A stretch of 12,576 nucleotides of DNA, taken from Candidatus Aegiribacteria sp. GTDB taxonomy: Bacteria > Fermentibacterota > Fermentibacteria > Fermentibacterales > JCC-6. The stretch lies in the NCBI GenBank assembly GCA_046498225.1, contig JAWOBF010000113.1:1-12576 (forward strand), read 5' to 3'. The notes under the pieces were generated by a model. That model saw only the letters and a program-made list of their open reading frames with translations. It was not told where the DNA came from and made no database searches. Each line of letters begins with the position of its first letter. Positions within the stretch are counted from its first letter, which is position 1. This document shows, one piece after another, positions 8,107 to 12,576 of this stretch. Made by a program: the position numbers and the translations under genes.

Positions 8107-9807
8107 ATGTCAGCAATTCTTGGAATCAACTGCTACAAGCACGACAGCGCGGCGGCCCTTCTGGTGGACGGAGAACTGGTGGCGGCGGTGGAGGAGGAGA
8201 GGTTCCGCCGAATAAAACACTTCTCCGGCTATCCCGCCATGGCCATCGAATACGCTCTGGAAGAAGCTTCCCTGAAGCCTGGCGATATCGATCACGTTGC
8301 CTTCTACATGATGCCAGGGCTGGTAATGAGGGAGAATCTGGCGCACAGCAGGCACTATGTATTCAGGAAGGGCGGGTTGTACTTCCTGCTCTCCCAGCTC
8401 AACGGGGCTCGAAGGATGAAGAACATCGGCGCCACGACCAGGGAGCATCTGGGAGCCGAACTGAAAGCCCCGGTAACCTTCGTGGAACACCACAGGGCCC
8501 ACGCCGACGCCGCCGTCTTCTTCTCCGGCTTCGAGAGCGCCGCCGTTCTTACCATGGACGGGGTGGGAGAGAGGGATACCGGCATACTGGGTACTTTCAG
8601 CGACGGGCGGCTGAAGATCCACTCCAGGTCGAGGTTCCCGAATTCTCCCGGCATCTTCTACAGCGCCGTGACCAGGTACCTGGGATTCACTCCGGATAAC
8701 GACGAGTACAAGGTGATGGGTCTCTCCAGCTACGGAGAACCTGAATTCCTGGACATCTTCAGACAGGTGATAAGCTGCCACCGGGGCAGGATGAAAGTGG
8801 ACACGGGGCTGCTGGACATTCACATGGGAGTTCACCATTCCAGCTTCACCCCGGAGCTGTCCCGCGTCCTGGGTCCGCCGAGGAAGCCGGGGGAGGAAAT
8901 AACGGAAACCCATAAGAACATAGCCTGTTCCGCCCAGAGGGCCCTGGAGGAGGTGGGCCTGTCACTGGCCCGTCATCTCAGGGAGATTTCGGGACAGGAC
9001 AGGCTGGTGATATCGGGTGGCGTGGGCCTCAACTGCGTTATGAACGGGCTCATAGAGAAGGAATCCGGCTTTTCACAGGTCTACCCCATGCCCGCCTCCC
9101 ACGATGCCGGGACCTCCGTGGGCGCGGCCCTTCAGGTCCACAGGAGATTCTACCCCGATGTGCGGCCGGTGACGCCCGAGAGCATGTATCTCGGACCTTC
9201 CTTTTCCAGGGATGAGATCCAAAGAGACCTCGAACTGGCGAGGCTCTCCTGGGAGGAGCCCGGCGATCTGGCGGAAAGAACGGCTGAAATGGTGTCGGAA
9301 GGGAAGATAGTGGCCCTGTTCAACGGCAGGATGGAGTTCGGTCCCCGTGCCCTGGGGAACAGGTCGATCCTCGCCGACCCCCGCAGGGAGGAAATGAAGG
9401 ACATCCTGAACAGCGTGGTCAAGCACCGCGAGCCCTTCAGGCCCTTCTGTCCCAGCTGCCTGAGAGAGAGCGCCCCCGAGTACTTCCCGGGCTGTTATGA
9501 AGCACCATACATGATAAAGACGTATCCCGTGGCCGCAGGCAGGAAGAAGGACATTCCCTCGGTTACACATGTTGACGGCACGGCCAGGGTGCAGACGGTG
9601 GACCGGGAGGTGAACCCTTTCTACTACAGCGTGATAGAGAGATTTCACCGCAGGACCGGTGTTCCGGTCATACTCAACACCTCCTTCAACGTGAGGGGGG
9701 AGCCTATCGTAACGACGCCTGTGGACGCGGTGAGATGCTTCTACGGCACTGGAATAGACGCGCTGGTGATGCCACCATTCCTGCTTTCGAAGGAAAGGGA
9801 AGTGTGA
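8107..9807 (+). CDS. O-carbamoyltransferase, NodU/CmcH/TobZ family
   Basis: HDSAAAL, EEERF.RIKH, EHHRAHA, DGVGE, EYKVMGLSSYG, SGGVGLNC, DAG, EFGPRALGNRSILADP, KHREPFRPF, HVDGTARVQTV, LNTSFN..GEPIV; 566 aa with Kae1-like plus YrdC-like halves; GGGAG SD at 8098-8102. Confidence 0.95.
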   Translation: MSAILGINCYKHDSAAALLVDGELVAAVEEERFRRIKHFSGYPAMAIEYALEEASLKPGDIDHVAFYMMPGLVMRENLAHSRHYVFRKGGLYFLLSQLNGARRMKNIGATTREHLGAELKAPVTFVEHHRAHADAAVFFSGFESAAVLTMDGVGERDTGILGTFSDGRLKIHSRSRFPNSPGIFYSAVTRYLGFTPDNDEYKVMGLSSYGEPEFLDIFRQVISCHRGRMKVDTGLLDIHMGVHHSSFTPELSRVLGPPRKPGEEITETHKNIACSAQRALEEVGLSLARHLREISGQDRLVISGGVGLNCVMNGLIEKESGFSQVYPMPASHDAGTSVGAALQVHRRFYPDVRPVTPESMYLGPSFSRDEIQRDLELARLSWEEPGDLAERTAEMVSEGKIVALFNGRMEFGPRALGNRSILADPRREEMKDILNSVVKHREPFRPFCPSCLRESAPEYFPGCYEAPYMIKTYPVAAGRKKDIPSVTHVDGTARVQTVDREVNPFYYSVIERFHRRTGVPVILNTSFNVRGEPIVTTPVDAVRCFYGTGIDALVMPPFLLSKEREV

Positions 9808-9811
9808 TCCT

Positions 9812-11161
9812 GTGGTAACCGCGCTGGGAAGAGGAACCGTGCTGGTCACCGACGAGGACGCCGGCAGGGGCCAGGAGCTCAGGAACAGGATATCCGCCAT
9901 GGGATACAACGTCACCACCCTTGCCAGCGCCAGAAAGACCGTAAGAAGGATAAGGAAGCGGTCGGTGAACGCGGTCATGATCTCCGCCACGGTGGAGGAC
10001 ATGCACATATCCGGCTTCCTGGAAACACTGCGTAAGGCCAATCTCGCTTCGGGAATAGTCGTGTACGGGAAGAACATAAACGCCGAAGACGCCGTGAGCT
10101 GGATGAAATCCGGAGCGGCGGACATCGTGCTTCGCCCGGAGGATCAGGAACTCCTGGAATCAGCCATACAGAGGGCGTTCTCCTATTCTATCAGATCACT
10201 TGAAAGAAGGCTCTCCTCCGAGGATTCGGCAGGGGAGGAGGTGCCCCAGCTGCTCTACCGCAGCCGTCTCATGGGAGAGGTTGTGAACAAGGCCCGACGG
10301 GTAGCCCCGCTGAAGGCCACGGTACTGATAACCGGGGAGAGCGGTACAGGCAAGGACGTACTGGCAAAACAGATCCATTCACTCAGCGGAAGGACGGGGA
10401 ATTACGTGGCCCTCAACTGCGCCGCCATTCCCCAGACACTCCTGGAGGACGAACTCTTCGGCCATGAACGGGGGGCCTATACCGGGGCCGAGAGATCCAG
10501 GGAGGGGAAATTCGAGGCCGCCGACAGGGGCACGCTGCTGCTCGACGAGATAGGGGAGATACCCGCCGACATCCAGGTCAAGCTACTTCGTATACTGGAG
10601 GAAAGCGTGGTGACAAGGCTCGGAAGCAACAGGCCCCGTCCGGTGGACGTCAGGCTCATAGCGGCCACCAACAGCGACCTGAAGACAGAAGTACAGAGGG
10701 GCGGTTTCAGGGAGGACCTCTATTACAGGCTGAAAGTGGTGGAGATACACATTCCTCCGCTGCGGTCCAGGAAGACCGACATACCAATGCTTGCCATGTC
10801 ATTCCTGAGGGATGCCGCCGAGAAACACAACCTGCCCCTGCCGGAACTGACCCCGGAGGCCCTGGAGCACCTGCTGGCCTACAACTGGCCGGGAAATGTG
10901 AGGCAGCTCCGCAATCTCATGGAGAGCCTTCTGATAATCTCGGGCAGCGTGATAAGTACCGAGGACCTGCCGGATGAGATAGCCGACCTGCCCTCAGGGG
11001 ACGGTCCCCAGCTCAGGGCCGACCTTCCGGTCTCCCTTGATGAACTGGAGAAGCTGGCAATCCGGAAGACGCTGGATATCACCGGGGGGAACAGGACGAG
11101 GGCGGCGGAGCTCCTGGGAATAGGCAGAAGAACCCTGCAGCGAAAACTGAAGGAGATGTGA
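9812..11161 (+). CDS. Sigma54-dependent activator with degenerate (pseudo-)receiver domain, AAA+ and Fis HTH
   Basis: Walker [24 protein letters not shown], Walker [45 protein letters not shown]-terminal REC-fold pattern lacks the phospho-Asp. GTG start 4 bp after the upstream stop. Confidence 0.93.
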   Translation: MVTALGRGTVLVTDEDAGRGQELRNRISAMGYNVTTLASARKTVRRIRKRSVNAVMISATVEDMHISGFLETLRKANLASGIVVYGKNINAEDAVSWMKSGAADIVLRPEDQELLESAIQRAFSYSIRSLERRLSSEDSAGEEVPQLLYRSRLMGEVVNKARRVAPLKATVLITGESGTGKDVLAKQIHSLSGRTGNYVALNCAAIPQTLLEDELFGHERGAYTGAERSREGKFEAADRGTLLLDEIGEIPADIQVKLLRILEESVVTRLGSNRPRPVDVRLIAATNSDLKTEVQRGGFREDLYYRLKVVEIHIPPLRSRKTDIPMLAMSFLRDAAEKHNLPLPELTPEALEHLLAYNWPGNVRQLRNLMESLLIISGSVISTEDLPDEIADLPSGDGPQLRADLPVSLDELEKLAIRKTLDITGGNRTRAAELLGIGRRTLQRKLKEM

Positions 11162-11206
11162 CGGGCCTGCTGTCATCGGCCGGCGCCGCGCGGTTTGGAG
11201 GTACGA

Positions 11207-12169
11207 ATGAGAGTGATAAAGACAGGGCCACTGGTGCCGAGGAAGGTAAAACTGGGAATTATCGTCCTTGCGGTACTCCTCTGGTTCCTGCTGGGAGGGC
11301 CGTTCTACATAGTCGACCCGGAGGAGGTGGGAGTGGTCCTGACCTTCGGGAAACATACGTCCACCACCGACCCCGGATTCCACTTCAAATGGCCCTGGCC
11401 GGTCCAGACTGTGTACAAGCCTGCCGTGAACATCGTCCAGAGGATCGAAATAGGGTTTCGGACCATCTCCGATGACCCGCCCTCATACATAAGCTTCACC
11501 AACGACAGCGAGATGCTCACCGAGGCGCAGATGCTCACAGGCGACGAGAACATCATCAACTGCGCCATCATAGTGCAGTACAGGATAAACAACGCCACCG
11601 ACTACCTTTTCAATGTCAGGGACCAGAGAGGGACCCTGAAGGACATCGCGGAGGCCAGCACCAGGCTGGTGGTGGGAGATAACGCCATTGACGCCGTCCT
11701 CACCACCGGGAAGCTGGAGGTCCAGACCAGGATAATGGACATGATACAGGAGATAGCGGACGAGTACGCCCTGGGAGTCAGCATAGTCACTGTCCAGCTG
11801 ATGGACGTGCAGCCGCCGGCCCCCGTCTTCGCAGCCTTCAAGGACGTGGCCACCGCCAGGGAGGACATGCAGGCATACATCAACGAGGCGGAGAGCTACA
11901 GGAACCAGCGGATACCCCAGGCCCTGGCCGATTCGGTGGAGATGGTGAACGCGGCCATGGGATACAGCGCCGGAAGGGTGAACAACGCCCAGGGAGAAGC
12001 ATTCAGGTTCACGGCGGTGGCGGAGGAGTACCGCAAGAGCCCGGAGGTTACCGCCACCAGACTGCATCTGGAAACCATCTCCGCCCTGCTTGACACCGTG
12101 GGCATCACCGTCGTGGATCAGTCTGCCGGGGCGCTCACCCATTACGACCTGGGGGGAGGTGCGAGATGA
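11207..12169 (+). CDS. hflK: FtsH protease modulator HflK (SPFH domain)
   Basis: N-terminal TM, FYIVDPEEVGVVLTFGK, PGFHFKWPWP, IEIGFR, MLTGDENI, DVQPP..VFAAFKDVATARED, AQGEA.RF, YRKSPEVT..RLHLE; GGAGGT SD at 11197-11202 before ATG 11207; followed by hflC. Confidence 0.93.
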   Translation: MRVIKTGPLVPRKVKLGIIVLAVLLWFLLGGPFYIVDPEEVGVVLTFGKHTSTTDPGFHFKWPWPVQTVYKPAVNIVQRIEIGFRTISDDPPSYISFTNDSEMLTEAQMLTGDENIINCAIIVQYRINNATDYLFNVRDQRGTLKDIAEASTRLVVGDNAIDAVLTTGKLEVQTRIMDMIQEIADEYALGVSIVTVQLMDVQPPAPVFAAFKDVATAREDMQAYINEAESYRNQRIPQALADSVEMVNAAMGYSAGRVNNAQGEAFRFTAVAEEYRKSPEVTATRLHLETISALLDTVGITVVDQSAGALTHYDLGGGAR

Positions 12170-12576
12170 AAAGGCTGAAGCATCTGCTTTACGGCATGGC
12201 CGGTCTGTTCGTCCTGATGGTCCTTCTGGGAGCATTCTTCACGATATCCGAGATGGAACAGGCGGTGATACTCCAGCTGGGAGAGCCCATACGGGTAATA
12301 GTGGGCGACAGGACTCCCGAGGAGCTGGCGGAACTGCAGGCATGGATGGACGAGAACACTCCCGGCGTCAGGCTGAGCCAGGGGGCGGGGCTCTACTTCA
12401 AGATACCCTTCCTCCAGCAGGTCAGAATATTCGACGACCGGATAATGGAATACGACGATCCCCCGGCGGACGTAGTCACCAGGGACAAGAAGCATATAAA
12501 GGTGGACTGCTACGCAAGGTGGAGAATAAGGAACCCCCTCCTCTTCCTGCGGAGCGTGCGGACGGAGACCGGTGCC
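12166..12576 (+). CDS. hflC: FtsH protease modulator HflC, partial (runs off window; absent from the ORF track)
   Basis: ATG overlaps the hflK stop (ATGA), with GGAGGT upstream. My translation: MKRLKHLLYGMAGLFVLMVLLGAFFTISEMEQAVILQLGEPIRV...GLYFKIPFLQQVRIFDDRIMEYDDPPADVVTRDKKHIKVDCYARWRIRNPLLFLRSVRTETGA, with HflC-typical T.DKK..VD.YARWRI. Confidence 0.93.
   Translation, partial: MKRLKHLLYGMAGLFVLMVLLGAFFTISEMEQAVILQLGEPIRVIVGDRTPEELAELQAWMDENTPGVRLSQGAGLYFKIPFLQQVRIFDDRIMEYDDPPADVVTRDKKHIKVDCYARWRIRNPLLFLRSVRTETGA

Noticed and set aside
8110..10125. Minus-strand ORFs of 267 and 350 aa
   Set aside because: Antisense to the well-supported carbamoyltransferase and activator genes; no family signatures.
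11158..11475. 105-aa ORF starting at a GTGA overlap with the activator stop
   Set aside because: Overlaps hflK out of frame; hflK has a strong SD and clear homology.

Overview
Mostly an ordinary, gene-dense chromosomal segment of a GC-rich (roughly 60% by eye) bacterium. A minus-strand block holds an NtrC-type sigma54 activator, a REC-GAF-HD-GYP phosphodiesterase, eno, ftsB and rsgA. It diverges from a plus-strand block of an M23 lipoprotein peptidase, a NodU/CmcH/TobZ-family carbamoyltransferase, a sigma54 activator with a degenerate receiver domain, hflK and hflC (runs off the window). At the left end, the 3' tail of a Wzz/Wzc-like gene abuts, head-to-head at about 622-627, a J-domain gene with clearly different codon usage that is followed by a heptamer tandem repeat. 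This looks like a junction between two unrelated DNAs (assembly/MDA chimera or a real rearrangement). I found no RNA genes, CRISPR array, transposase or phage genes, and no clear new multi-gene system. The best leads are the pseudo-receiver sigma54 activator in a carbamoyltransferase-hflKC unit, the junction, a probable CTG start for rsgA, a near-leaderless promoter for the regulator pair, and a ~26-aa insertion in HflC. All family calls come from motif recognition; no database search was run.
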